A stretch of DNA of 64,000 nt, from NCBI GenBank assembly GCA_965645245.1, contig OZ287069.1:1364001-1428000 (forward strand). The letters run 5' to 3'. Below the pieces are notes generated by a model. It worked only from the letters and a program-made list of their open reading frames with translations. It was not told the DNA's origin and did not search any database. Shown here in pieces: positions 11,773 to 22,959 of the stretch (position 1 is the stretch's first letter; the number at the start of each line of letters is the position of its first letter). Both the position numbers and the translations under genes were made by a program. This DNA is from Massalongia carnosa (lineage: Eukaryota).

Positions 11773-14700
11773 TCATCGCGGCTTATTTGGGTTTCGTTGA
11801 TGGAAGTCCTCCACCACTTCTTTTGCATTTTCGAAACCTTCGGCATCATACCATGTCAGGTCCTCGTCAATTCCCTTCCATTTAACCTTGTATTGCACCT
11901 TTCGGTACCGCTTTCGTGAGTCCAGAATGTCATCAAGTTCCCATTCTTCGCTACCTTCTACGACTATGGGTGGCGGTGGCTCGTTTATCTGACCTGGGAG
12001 TGGGTCGTCTGAGGCCTTTCGAAGCAAGCTGGTATGGAAGACATCGTGAATTTTCATTGATGGTGGCAATTCTAGTTGACAGGATGACCCTACTAACTTC
12101 TTGACTCGATAGGGTCCAATCATCTTATGGTCTAATTTCTTGGACGTGCGTTCTGTCTTGATATTTCGAGTAGATAACCATACCATGTCGCCTACTTCAT
12201 ATGAGACGTCTCTTCGGTGTCGGTCAGCTGCTGTTATTTGCCTTTCTTGGGCCTTTCCCATATTTTGTTTGACGAAATCCCAGATTTTCTTCATGTCCTC
12301 GGTAATCGCTCGGGCTTTTCCATTGGCTAGCCTTTCCCTTGTTGATTCTGACGACAGTTCGATTGGGTCGAAACTCATCCTTGGTTCATAACCTTTCGTG
12401 GCCATGAATGGTGACAGTCCGGTAGTGGCCGATGGTGCGCTGTTTGCGGCAAATTCCGCCATTGGAAGAAGGTCCGACCAGTCGTCCTGATTATTGTTCA
12501 CGAAACTCCGAAGGTGACGTTCCATTTCCTGATTCGCGATTTCACTTTGTCCATCTGTTTCTGGATGATAGGCTGTGGACAATTTCGCTGTGATTCCAAG
12601 GATTTTACACCAGGCTTTCCAAACTGTTGATGTGAATTGGGGGCCCCGGTCCGATACTATGCTGCTTGGGAGTCCATGATAGCGCCATACGTTGTCCACT
12701 AGGAGTTTTGCTGTGGCCTCGGACGTAGTTCCTTCTTCATCACATGTGCATGGGATATAGTGTCTCTCTTTGGACAGTCGGTCTACTACCATCAGGATGG
12801 CGTCATTTCCATTGCTCTTCGGGAGGCCGGTAACGTAGTCTAGGGTGATGTCCATCCATGGTCTTTCTGGTATGGGTAGCGGTTTCAGCAGTCCATTATA
12901 CTTGTCCCTTGGGGCCTTGGCTCGTCGACACACATGGCAATTTCGCACATAGCGGCGTATGTCCTTGTTCATGCCTGGCCAATAGTAGTTCCGGCCGATT
13001 ACATTCACCGTTCTGGCCATTCCGGGGTGCCCTACCGCCACTTGGTCGTGTATTTGCCGAATAACCTCTAGGATGGTCTCTTTCTTGTCCGGCACCCATA
13101 AGCCCTTTCGTTTGTATAGCAGTCCGTTCTTCTCGGTGCAGTTCTTTATGTCCGGTAGAGAGTCGTCATCAGAGTTTCCTTCCTTTATCGCGTTTCGTAT
13201 TCGGGTGCAGAGTTCGTCTTCGAGGTTTTCCTGTTTGATTCTTTCGTCGAGGGTCGGGAGTTCGGGGTCGGGTTCATCGTTCCGTGTCGTTTCTTCTGGT
13301 TCCGTCGCTTCTTCAATGGGCTGAAGTTCCAATCTTTCCGGGGGCAGTAGCGTCTGCAATTGGTGCTGCTGCCTTTCATCATCATCGTCGTGGGGCTTAT
13401 CGTTTGGCCTTCGGGTTAGCGCGTCTGCTTTTTCATTTTTCTTTCCAGGCCGGTAGGTGATGACGAAATTGAACTCCGAAAGGAACTCCGCCCATCGGGC
13501 TTGCCGTCTAGTTAGTTTCTTCGTGGTCATAAAATACTCCAGGCTACGATGGTCGGTGAAGATTTTCACTGGTAACTCCGTGCTTTCGAGTTCCGGCTTC
13601 CATTGTTCAAAGCATCGAATGATTGCTAGCAGTTCCTTGTCATAGATTTCGTAGTTGCATTCCGCTGGGCTCATGTTCTTTGAAAAGAAGGCTACCGGGT
13701 GAAGTTCTCCGTCGTCTCCTATCTGGGACAACACACCTCCATTGACATGGTCCGAAGAGTCCGTTTCCAAGTAGCACTGCTTGTTCCGGTCGAAATGTAT
13801 GAGGATTGGGGCTTCACCGATCCGTTTCTGTAACGTCCTGAAAGCCTTTTCACATGCTGGGGTCCACTCGAATATCCGTTCTTTCTTTGTAAGGGCGTTC
13901 AATGGTTTGGCAATTTTTGAAAAACCCCTGATGAACCGACGATAGAAATTGCAAAAACCAATGAACGACCGAACTTCACGTAGGCAGGTGGGGGTTTCCC
14001 ATTCCTGAATAGCTTTGATTTTGGCCGGGTCCATGCGAATGCCATCAACTCCTATGATCAGTCCCAGATATTTCGTTTCCGTCACATGGAATTCACATTT
14101 GTCTACGTCAGCCTGAAGTCCGGCCTCTCGAAGCTTTGTCAAAACGGCCCGCACATGTTCCCGATGCTCTTTCAGGTTCTTGCTATAAATCAGAATGTCA
14201 TCCAGGTAAGCCGTGCAGAATTTGTCCAGATAATCGAACAACACATCATTGATGAAGTGCTGCCAGGTCGACGGTCCTCCGGAAAGTCCAAACGGTAATA
14301 CCTTGTATTTATAAGCGCCAAAACGGGAGTTGAACGTGGTCAGGTCTTCAGATTCCATGGCCATTCGGAGCTTGTGGAACGCCTGTCGGATGTCAATTTT
14401 TGAAAAGATCTTAGCTTCCTTCAGCTGGGCCAGTGTTTCCTCGATCAGCGGGATTGGATAGCGGTCTTTCTTTGACAGCTGGTTCAGCCTTCTATAGTCG
14501 ACACAAAAGCGAAGTCCTCCATTGGGCTTTCTGGCCAAAAGAATTGGGGACGAACAAGCTGCGTGGCTAGCCTCAATGAACCCTTTTCGGAGGTTCTCTT
14601 CCAGGTATTTCTTGACGAATTCCAGCTCTTTTTGGGACATGCTTCTGAGAGGGCTATGTCCGTGATCTTTTCCGCCTTCCAGAATGATTCGATGATCATA

Positions 14701-15603
14701 GGGGCGGTGAGGTGCCAGCGTGTCGGATGCAGCCTTTGAAAAGACATCCAGGAATTCATGGTAATCTGGGGGAACTACGGTCTTCGGGTCAGTAGGGGGA
14801 CGGTCTTCTTTATTCAGCTGGTACTCGATGTCTTTCAATGAGATGGAAAATAATTCAACGTCCTTTTGTTTGGACAATAATCGGTACGCAGCGGCCCCTA
14901 TCATCGCCATCTCTAGCGGCTTTTCCTCGGTAGTCGGTTTAACCTTGATTCCGGAGTCTGATAGTCCTTCTGATAGTCCCTTGTTCGACGTCGTCTTGGT
15001 TGAAACTGCCGGTTCTGGCCTGGTTTTTCCAGGTTCGTTTTGATTCATTCTGGTCAGGATTTTCATGGCCTTCTTCGGTTCAGCGGGTTCTTTTGTCGTC
15101 TTCGTTATCTTCTTTTCTGATGGTGGCTTCGATATACCCGAATGCGTGCAGTGTCCGGGCCAAAAGACTATCTGGTCGGTGGCCATGTCTATGATCACCC
15201 CGTGCTTCCTCATCCATGGTTTTCCGAGGATCATCTTGTGTTGTCCGAGTTTGGTGATCAACAGGGGGGCGACCGTTTCCATATGGTCTTGCACGGTAAG
15301 AGTAGGATAGATGGCATGAGTAATGTCTTTACCTCTTTTACCATCGAACCCTTTCACCGGTTTCGGTCGTGTTAGTCTCTGAGGGGAAATCTGAAGCTTT
15401 TCACAAACTTCACGCGCAGTCGTTTCATCAATGAATGCGTGTCCTGTTGCACCCGTGTCCAACAGTCCCATTACTTTTATTTCTTCGCTGTTACCTAGCC
15501 TACATTGTATGACTAGAGGTTCATCCGTAAACAAATCGCCTGGTAAACAGCTAGATGAAATCAACAAAGGTTCACCTCCATCCGCGCCTTCGGTGGAGGT
15601 CAT
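11773..15603 (-). CDS. pol: Pol: protease-RT-RNase H-integrase-chromodomain, probably expressed by -1 frameshift
   Basis: Motifs LLDTGA, YLDD, ETDSSD..YDKEL, HDQ..GHPG..CHVC, SDRGPQF, GQSE, GPY, and C-terminal WELDDILD..YKVKWKG chromodomain. Confidence 0.95.
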   Translation of the reverse strand: MTSTEGADGGEPLLISSSCLPGDLFTDEPLVIQCRLGNSEEIKVMGLLDTGATGHAFIDETTAREVCEKLQISPQRLTRPKPVKGFDGKRGKDITHAIYPTLTVQDHMETVAPLLITKLGQHKMILGKPWMRKHGVIIDMATDQIVFWPGHCTHSGISKPPSEKKITKTTKEPAEPKKAMKILTRMNQNEPGKTRPEPAVSTKTTSNKGLSEGLSDSGIKVKPTTEEKPLEMAMIGAAAYRLLSKQKDVELFSISLKDIEYQLNKEDRPPTDPKTVVPPDYHEFLDVFSKAASDTLAPHRPYDHRIILEGGKDHGHSPLRSMSQKELEFVKKYLEENLRKGFIEASHAACSSPILLARKPNGGLRFCVDYRRLNQLSKKDRYPIPLIEETLAQLKEAKIFSKIDIRQAFHKLRMAMESEDLTTFNSRFGAYKYKVLPFGLSGGPSTWQHFINDVLFDYLDKFCTAYLDDILIYSKNLKEHREHVRAVLTKLREAGLQADVDKCEFHVTETKYLGLIIGVDGIRMDPAKIKAIQEWETPTCLREVRSFIGFCNFYRRFIRGFSKIAKPLNALTKKERIFEWTPACEKAFRTLQKRIGEAPILIHFDRNKQCYLETDSSDHVNGGVLSQIGDDGELHPVAFFSKNMSPAECNYEIYDKELLAIIRCFEQWKPELESTELPVKIFTDHRSLEYFMTTKKLTRRQARWAEFLSEFNFVITYRPGKKNEKADALTRRPNDKPHDDDDERQQHQLQTLLPPERLELQPIEEATEPEETTRNDEPDPELPTLDERIKQENLEDELCTRIRNAIKEGNSDDDSLPDIKNCTEKNGLLYKRKGLWVPDKKETILEVIRQIHDQVAVGHPGMARTVNVIGRNYYWPGMNKDIRRYVRNCHVCRRAKAPRDKYNGLLKPLPIPERPWMDITLDYVTGLPKSNGNDAILMVVDRLSKERHYIPCTCDEEGTTSEATAKLLVDNVWRYHGLPSSIVSDRGPQFTSTVWKAWCKILGITAKLSTAYHPETDGQSEIANQEMERHLRSFVNNNQDDWSDLLPMAEFAANSAPSATTGLSPFMATKGYEPRMSFDPIELSSESTRERLANGKARAITEDMKKIWDFVKQNMGKAQERQITAADRHRRDVSYEVGDMVWLSTRNIKTERTSKKLDHKMIGPYRVKKLVGSSCQLELPPSMKIHDVFHTSLLRKASDDPLPGQINEPPPPIVVEGSEEWELDDILDSRKRYRKVQYKVKWKGIDEDLTWYDAEGFENAKEVVEDFHQRNPNKPR

Positions 15604-16841
15604 TCTTTTCCCGAATTGGCTTCCTCAGCGATCTCCTGTATTCTCGCTGGCCGATTCTTCTTCTTTTCGCAGTCCCTAGATAAATGTCCCGTTTCCTTGC
15701 AAAAGAAACAACGACCTTCCCTTGTCAGTCGCTCCTTTTCCTCGTCTGACATGTAGTAAGTGGTCCTTGGTGTAGATGGGTTGGAGGTCGGGCGGGGCGG
15801 CACGTAGGTCTTGGTGGTGGCCGTCGTGGTTGTCCTTGTAGCGGAGGTGCTCGGGGTGCTCTGAGCCATGCTAGCACGTTTCTCGGCGAACCGTTCCATG
15901 CTGGCCTTACTTCGGTCCGACTCCTTGAGGCTCTGGTAAAGGCGTTGACACTTCTGCGCGAATTCGTATAGGTCGGTCGGTTCCAGGTCGCCGGTAGCCA
16001 ATTGTCTGCTCATTTCCCAAGAGAGCTTATACTTCAATTCACCGATCAGCGTTTCCTCGTTATGGTCCAACTCAGCTGCTAGACGTTGGAACTCGGCCCA
16101 AAAGGTGTTGAAGTCCTTGCTTCCTTGTTTGAGCGATCGGAAATTGTTCATGGCGGTCCGCTTGCGGTTAGGGTCGCCGTATATGCGTTCTAATTGGTCG
16201 AACATTTCCTCGGCCGTCGTAAAGGGTCTGATGGCACCTTTCCGAAGTCGAGGTTCAAGGTGACCCATAGCTTCGCCACCGACCCGGTTCTCCACGTATG
16301 CCTTCTTTAGGACTTCTGTCGGCATGTGGTCATCATTGGCCGCTAGTTTGCTCCGCATCTTCGTTAGCCAATGGTCAATGGAAATCTCTTTTCCATCGGT
16401 AAAGATGGGTGGGTCAGGGAGTTTCATGGACTTCTTCTTGTCCGTTCCATCGGTCACCTGGGTGCTGGGTGTGTGAGAAGGAGAGCGAGGGCGTGGTGGT
16501 TCTCGGGTTGGTTCCTTGGTGGCCTGACGCCGTGCCTCCCGGAGTTCCTCCTTCTGGTACTCCACAATTCCCTCTAGCTGGTTTATCCTATCTCGAAAAC
16601 ATTCCATCTTTCCGACCGCGTTACCATGGCGGATGAGATTGTCGAGGTAGGTGGCCTTCAGATCCTGGAACATGTCGGATACCGCTTGTGGGTCATGCTC
16701 CATCCATGCCTTCAATTGTCGCACGTTCTCCACTATCATAGGTTCAGCTACTTCTAGTTCGTCGTCAGTTCCTCGGGTTTCTGGAATGATGGACTCCCGT
16801 CTAGTTGGGAGGTCATCTTCGATTATCATGGGTCGCGCCAT
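15600..16841 (-). CDS. gag: Gag with CCHC zinc knuckle
   Basis: KLPDPPIFTDG capsid-region motif and CFFCKETGHLSRDC knuckle. Confidence 0.92.
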   Translation of the reverse strand: MARPMIIEDDLPTRRESIIPETRGTDDELEVAEPMIVENVRQLKAWMEHDPQAVSDMFQDLKATYLDNLIRHGNAVGKMECFRDRINQLEGIVEYQKEELREARRQATKEPTREPPRPRSPSHTPSTQVTDGTDKKKSMKLPDPPIFTDGKEISIDHWLTKMRSKLAANDDHMPTEVLKKAYVENRVGGEAMGHLEPRLRKGAIRPFTTAEEMFDQLERIYGDPNRKRTAMNNFRSLKQGSKDFNTFWAEFQRLAAELDHNEETLIGELKYKLSWEMSRQLATGDLEPTDLYEFAQKCQRLYQSLKESDRSKASMERFAEKRASMAQSTPSTSATRTTTTATTKTYVPPRPTSNPSTPRTTYYMSDEEKERLTREGRCFFCKETGHLSRDCEKKKNRPARIQEIAEEANSGKE

Positions 16842-17733
16842 CACTGTAGGGGAGGCTTCCTTCGGTTCTTCTAGGTTCGTTTTCTGGGTTTGGTTCGGTT
16901 CGGTTCGGTTCGGTTCGGTGCCAACGCAGTGGCGGTCTCTGGTTCTTCTGGTTTCGTTTCGGTTCGTCGTTTTGGTTCAGGTTCGGTTTCTTTTCAGTGT
17001 CTTCGTGCTTCAGGTGAGTTCTTTTATATCCCTCACGAAGGATAGCGAAGGTAAATGATCTTGATTGTAATGTTATGATCTACCTAGAGACAAGTCATAG
17101 GGACACTAGAAACGAATACAATCAAGATGAAGAAGAAAAGATCAATTGAAAGACAAATCTCGCTCCTATATAGTCCAGCGGCCCCTAGCCCTCGACCGAC
17201 TCGTGGAAGGATCTAGAAGGTTCGAGCATTGACCAGCTATGGAAACCGTGAATGCCGCGATGAGTCTAGCGCGCACACGCGATCCCGTGACTTCGGCTTG
17301 TGGCTTGTTCCGCTCCAGTCTACCGAAGTAGTGCCGAGTAGAACCGTGACAACGCGGATTCTTTCTAATTTCCTTCTTCGCTTCCTCAGCTATCCATACC
17401 TCATTCGTGGCCTTCCATAATGCCTCGGGGTCAGGAATCTTCTCATACATCTCAATTGGAATGGGACCGAGCATTTTCTGCATTTCTTTCAGCTGTTTGA
17501 CTCGATCTCTTTCTGTTTTTCGAGCAGCCAATCCCTTGACATGCATTTCGTCTCTTTCTATTCGCCATAGCTTCATGAAGCTATTATTCGCTCGTTTCTC
17601 CTCAGCCTCTTGATCCTGTTGTAGTCTGATGGCTATAGCCTGCTTTGCATCTTCCGCTGTAATTCCCAATCTTCCGGTTTCTGGTCTCAGACGTTTACGA
17701 GACATTCGTCTGTTATTTAACTGATTTCTTCTT

Positions 17734-20700
17734 TGTTGCGGAGGCTACGGATTATAGGGGTGGAAGTAGGAAACAACAGCAAAAAGTACGTGCGATGATC
17801 AAGCTGATCCAATGGCAGGCTACTAATGATTGATTGAAAATGACTGAGGCTATCTATGGGGGCATATAGCCCATTATATACCGCTGCCTGCCTTGAGCAC
17901 GATTCTCCCACTTTCTATGTGATCGGTCAGTCAAATGCTGATATGTAAGCTCGTCTTTGTCGGAGTTCCAAAGCTGACATATTTGCCTCATTATCAATCC
18001 ACTGTAGAATGTTCGAATGTCTCCTAGAATATCAGACGCGGGATGTTGATGATAAATCCCAAGGTGGCCAATCCAAATACTTCCAATAGCTAGTGCGCAT
18101 TGGGGTTAGTGCCATTTTCTATAAGCAGACATCTCGGCTATCCTCAACACTCCCACTCCGAGAATGTCTGAATAACTTCATGCCCTCGCATATCCTCGAC
18201 TATCCGTGTCGTCTCCGGGGCCCGTCCCCAGGACCATGGGCCAAATGACCGATGTATGTTCCCCCCTCATTTCTAACCAATAATCTCTAGTCCCAGCCCG
18301 GCTCGGAGCATTCAATAACGGCCCTCCGGCCCAGTCCTCGAAGAATTCGGGGGCCGCATGCCAGCCGATTTTCTTCGTAACGGGGTTATAGACTCGATAC
18401 TGTTTCGACGAATGATAACCAACAAAAATTCCCTGAAATGACACGACATCCATTTTATCCCTTTTTTCACTGGGGATACGGGCATGCACCAAGCATCCGT
18501 AGGTTCGTATGTGATTCAGGTCCGGTTTTCGGCCATACCAGGCCTCATACGGGGTCATTTTTCCCCCGTGAGTATTCGTTGGTAGCCGATTTCTTAAATA
18601 ATTGGCTACCATCAGGGCCTCCCCCCAAAATTCTCTGGGTAATCCGGCCCATAATTGCATGGCCCTAACCATTTGCATTAGTGTCCGATTCATCCGCTCA
18701 GCGACCCCGTTTTGCTCGGGAGTGTACGGATCAGTAAAGTCCATCAGAATGCCTTCATTCAAAAGGTCTTTTTTCAGAGCATGATATTCCTTGGCATTGT
18801 CGCTCCTAATCAGGGCCAGTTTTTCCCCTGTCTCGGCTTCGAATTTCGCTTTGTATCGATAGAAATTCTCCCTCAGGCTTGATCTGGGCCCGAAATACAC
18901 CTCTGACCGACGCGTGTAGTCGTCAATGAATGATAAAAAATACTGGGACCCCTGTAAATTCATTACTTTGTACGGGCCCCAATAGTCCGAGTATGTACGT
19001 TCCCCCCGGCGTGTGGCTTTTAATGGGGGCATTCGACTGATTATTTTCGTCATTTTGGTGTATTTGCAGGTGACGCATTTTTCGCCATCATGCTGATGCT
19101 TTATTGAATTTCCGACTCCGGTAGTCAGAAATGGGAGCTTTTCAAGCCTCCCTGGTCCGACATGACCCATTCGGGCATGCCACAAAAGATATCCGTCCCG
19201 ATTCGGATTCGGAATATGCTTTTTCTTCGTCGTTATCATGTCGGTGACTAGGGCCACATCTTCTCTGGCAGGCCTCAATAAGTACGACGATCCAATCAGG
19301 ACTCCCGTGGCCAGTAAGGCATCCCCTCGGGTTATTTCGACTCCATTCAGACCAAAGCGGACAGAAATTCCCTTTGTCTGAAGAGCTCGTATGGACAGAA
19401 GATTGGTGTCGAGCTCGGGGACGTATAACACCTCGGTTAATCGTATTTTCTCCCCGTTTCTCATCCGAATGAGAATATCTCCTCGACCAATTGACGAGAT
19501 GACCGTTCCGTCGGCCACACGCACTGTCGTTCTAATCAACATCATGTTGACGAATATTCCCCTATCAGGGGTCATATGTCGACTCGCTCCGGAGGCAATA
19601 ACCCATTCCTTGAGTTTTTCGAGTGGGACCGCGTCATCGTTTCGAGTCACCAGGGCAAATTCTTCCTGAGCAGGGACCGCGTCCTTATTTTGAGCCATCA
19701 GGCCAAAATCTTCGACTTCGGTAGCCGCACGGGCGTATTCCGAGTCGCTTTCTTCAGATCGGGCATCGTTCTCCTGGGTCAGTCGTGCTTCGTCCGATTT
19801 CTTCGTTTTTCGGCCCCGACTCCCTGATGATTTCCCCCGCCTCTTACTATCATTGGTTTGATAAGCATTTTCATTTTTCCGCTTGTGCTCTCGGCCCTCA
19901 TCCGTTTTCAACCATTGAAAACAGTCCGTTTTTATGTGGCCAGCCTTATCACAATAGAAACATTTTCCAGTGAATTTTCGGCTAGATGAGGCCTTATTAG
20001 CAATTTCCGGGGTGCTTATCTCATCTTTATTTCTTGATTCCACCTCCTTATACTTTTCTATAACCATGGTCATGGTTATTTCTCCTTTGTCTTCCAACAG
20101 GGCCCTAGCCATGGCGTACGGGGTCCCGTCAATTGAATCCATCAATATTCGAGCTAGAAGAAACTCCGACGGTTCCTCCCCGGGTCGAATTTCGGCCATT
20201 ACAGCAGCAATGGTTCGTAGCTCCGAAGCTATTTGCTCAACGGAGTCTGATGGGCCGGCTTTGTAACCACAAAGCCGTCTAGAAAGAGGTATAAGGCGTG
20301 TCAGTCCGATATCCCTATGAATACGATTTAGTGTCTCCCACTGATCGTTGGCTGTGTCCAATCGGATGATGTGTTGAAGCTGTCTGTCATCTACGGCCGT
20401 CATGATGTATGTCATGGCCGTAGCATTGTTGAATTCCCATGCTTCCAGATCACTGGGCCGAGTCTCGTCCGGGCATACTATTCGTCCAATGACGATGCTC
20501 CAGAGCTTTTTACCTATCAGGTTATTCTTCATTATCTTACTCCATGTACGATAATTTTCCTCGGTTAGTTTGGGAACTTTAACATCCCTTACCCCTGCTC
20601 CGGACGTGATCCGACCGTCGGCCCCATCTGATCTATCCTTGACCACGATTTCGGGGCCGGGCGTTTGTTGAGGGGTGGATGAAGACATTTCGAGTCGATT

Positions 20701-21156
20701 TTCAGACTGTTTTTCCTATTGGCTGACCGGGCTCATAACCTGTTGCGGAGGCTACGGATTATAGGGGTGGAAGTAGGAAACAACAGCAAAAAGTACGTGC
20801 GATGATCAAGCTGATCCAATGGCAGGCTACTAATGATTGATTGAAAATGACTGAGGCTATCTATGGGGGCATATAGCCCATTATATACCGCTGCCTGCCT
20901 TGAGCACGATTCTCCCACTTTCTATGTGATCGGTCAGTCAAATGCTGATATGTAAGCTCGTCTTTGTCGGAGTTCCAAAGCTGACATATTTGCCTCATTA
21001 TCAATCCACTGTAGAATGTTCGAATGTCTCCTAGAATATCAGACGCGGGATGTTGATGATAAATCCCAAGGTGGCCAATCCAAATACTTCCAATAGCTAG
21101 TGCGCATTGGGGTTAGTGCCATTTTCTATAAGCAGACATCTCGGCTATCCTCAACA
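17734..21156 (-). mobile_element. Non-autonomous Ty1/copia element lacking RT and RNase H (3423 bp)
   Basis: 416-bp LTRs at 17734-18149 and 20741-21156, no difference seen. TSD TTCTT. PBS at 20729-20740. PPT GGAGTGGGAG. Confidence 0.93.
18178..20688 (-). CDS. Copia gag-protease-integrase (836 aa), no RT/RNase H
   Basis: Motifs CFYCDKAGHIKTDC, WVIASGASRHM (catalytic D replaced by A), WHARMGH, YSDYWGP, RSDNAKEY, NGVAER. The ORF stops 28 bp before the 3' LTR. Confidence 0.9.
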   Translation of the reverse strand: MSSSTPQQTPGPEIVVKDRSDGADGRITSGAGVRDVKVPKLTEENYRTWSKIMKNNLIGKKLWSIVIGRIVCPDETRPSDLEAWEFNNATAMTYIMTAVDDRQLQHIIRLDTANDQWETLNRIHRDIGLTRLIPLSRRLCGYKAGPSDSVEQIASELRTIAAVMAEIRPGEEPSEFLLARILMDSIDGTPYAMARALLEDKGEITMTMVIEKYKEVESRNKDEISTPEIANKASSSRKFTGKCFYCDKAGHIKTDCFQWLKTDEGREHKRKNENAYQTNDSKRRGKSSGSRGRKTKKSDEARLTQENDARSEESDSEYARAATEVEDFGLMAQNKDAVPAQEEFALVTRNDDAVPLEKLKEWVIASGASRHMTPDRGIFVNMMLIRTTVRVADGTVISSIGRGDILIRMRNGEKIRLTEVLYVPELDTNLLSIRALQTKGISVRFGLNGVEITRGDALLATGVLIGSSYLLRPAREDVALVTDMITTKKKHIPNPNRDGYLLWHARMGHVGPGRLEKLPFLTTGVGNSIKHQHDGEKCVTCKYTKMTKIISRMPPLKATRRGERTYSDYWGPYKVMNLQGSQYFLSFIDDYTRRSEVYFGPRSSLRENFYRYKAKFEAETGEKLALIRSDNAKEYHALKKDLLNEGILMDFTDPYTPEQNGVAERMNRTLMQMVRAMQLWAGLPREFWGEALMVANYLRNRLPTNTHGGKMTPYEAWYGRKPDLNHIRTYGCLVHARIPSEKRDKMDVVSFQGIFVGYHSSKQYRVYNPVTKKIGWHAAPEFFEDWAGGPLLNAPSRAGTRDYWLEMRGEHTSVIWPMVLGTGPGDDTDSRGYARA

Positions 21157-21171
21157 TTCTTGATTCTCGAT

Positions 21172-22201
21172 TGTAATGGGCTACGAGACCAGTAAGCTTA
21201 TCACGAGCGACACTGATCTCGAAAGGGGAAATGCTCAGCGTGAGAGTTGGAAGATAGCTACTACGTGCTGGTCTCCGAGAGTATACGTGATCCAAAGAAC
21301 TAATGGATGTGGAAGTGCTTAGACCAAGAGATCTCGTCCGAGACCCAAACGTAGGTTGTTCATAGAATAAAGACTAATTGCTAACGAATACTACAAGATT
21401 CGTTCTGATATTTATCCTACTCACCCCAAGCCTATAGCCTTGGGAGCCTTGCGAGCCTTAGAGCCTTGCAATCCTTGGGAGTCTTGCGAGCATTACAGCC
21501 TTGCAATCCACATCCGACTTTATCGCATTACATCCAACCATCCCTCAGGATCCATCCACGAACTCGGCGTTCGCTGGATCATCTAGTCAGCCTCGAGCAG
21601 CCTTCTAGATCTTCCCTTGCAAGGTAGAACAATTCTGCCCCCGGCTAGATCCCTCACTACATGCCTCAGGCTATGTAGCTTCATTTCGCCGTCACCACTA
21701 CCTAGTGATGGAAGGTTACCTCCGACTGAATACCTCGCTACACTGCGGACCTGCCTCTAGACACAAGGTCTAGACAACGAGGTCATGTAGGTTCATTCAG
21801 CCGACATCACTACCAACGTAGTAATAAAGGTTGAAGCTGAAGTTTACACCGGGGAGCCTAGCTCAAGCTGCGTCCAGCGAGCCGTGCCTCCTGCTACCTC
21901 TCTTGATCCATCAAGAGATCCAGTAGCTCCGAGTAGGCCAGTAGATCCCATATAGAGTTCCTTGGCGTCTCCACAGGAGTCCGCCTTACACTCCATGGCA
22001 ATCTACCACCACGGCCTCGACAGGTGTTTGATCTGTAAGTAGTCAAGAATGTGATAACAATAACTCCGAAGTTTCGGGGCAAGATGGCAGTGTGTCAGCC
22101 TCGACGGCTTATGCGACTTCGTATTACGGCATGGTCCACGCTAGTTAATCCCGCAACCGCCATAGGCGATCACGTATCCCTCTAGCGCCATCCGTATTAC
22201 A
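21172..22201. mobile_element. 1030-bp solo LTR, copy 1
   Basis: TGTAAT...ATTACA termini, TSD TCGAT (21167-21171, 22202-22206). Confidence 0.85.
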
Positions 22202-22959
22202 TCGATGCATTTCCAGCTCCATGCCATCGATAATCGTATTCGAAACAACTTCATTTGTATTGTCTACAAATGAGTCCCATTCCTCAGCCCGAGCGGGATC
22301 ACTCCATTGCATGGATTTTCTGATTTTCGGTCCCCATTGACTTAAACCATACTCAATGTCAGCTACTTTTGTCGGTTGGATTTGACGAGGTGGGGGTAGA
22401 GGTAATGAGGGCTCATTATTCGTATTCAGACTGGTTAATGAATCATTGGGATCATTGGGATTGAAAATTTTCAGCTGACGAATGCATGCCTTTGGATCAA
22501 TCGGCCACATTCCCGACTTCTCAAATGCATGCCGAATCGTAGAAGTCTTGAATGTATGATTTCTGATTTTGGTCAAGTCCTGTATAAATTGAGACAGAGA
22601 ATACTCGACAAATGACGACGCAACGACTTCCTCAATAGCTTTGCAATGCCAATGCTTATAAGGCTGAAATACGCCCACATCCAATGGTTGCATGCAATGA
22701 GTTAAATGCGGTATAAAGGGAAAGGGTCGAATGCGATTCTCATTGGCCAAAAGTGAAAATTCAGGGGTTGTATGACTGCCATAATTATCAATCAGCAATA
22801 ATTGCCATTCCGCATCAGGTCCTGCATTTGTATGTTTGATAAGATGCTTCAAATATTCAATTGCTATCTTATCAGATGTAAAACCACTGTTCGAGGGCAC
22901 GACATACGTGCCCTCGGGCACACCTTCCGAAAACCATGTGGCCATGATGTCATAACCCT

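Larger units (their letters stand above)
11396..17351 (-). mobile_element. Ty3/gypsy chromovirus, full length, ORFs intact
   Basis: 281-bp LTRs at 11396-11676 and 17071-17351, one substitution seen. TSD ACGCG. PPT next to the 3' LTR. gag and pol uninterrupted. Confidence 0.96.

Noticed and set aside
16880..16990. (GGTTC)n run as a telomere-like repeat
   Set aside because: Not TTAGGG-like, short, and inside the gypsy leader. Sister elements have comparable leader repeats (CCAGAA at ~26300-26500).
17166..17705. 179-aa standalone gene
   Set aside because: It is the pogo transposase C-terminal piece reading into a gypsy LTR at 17351.
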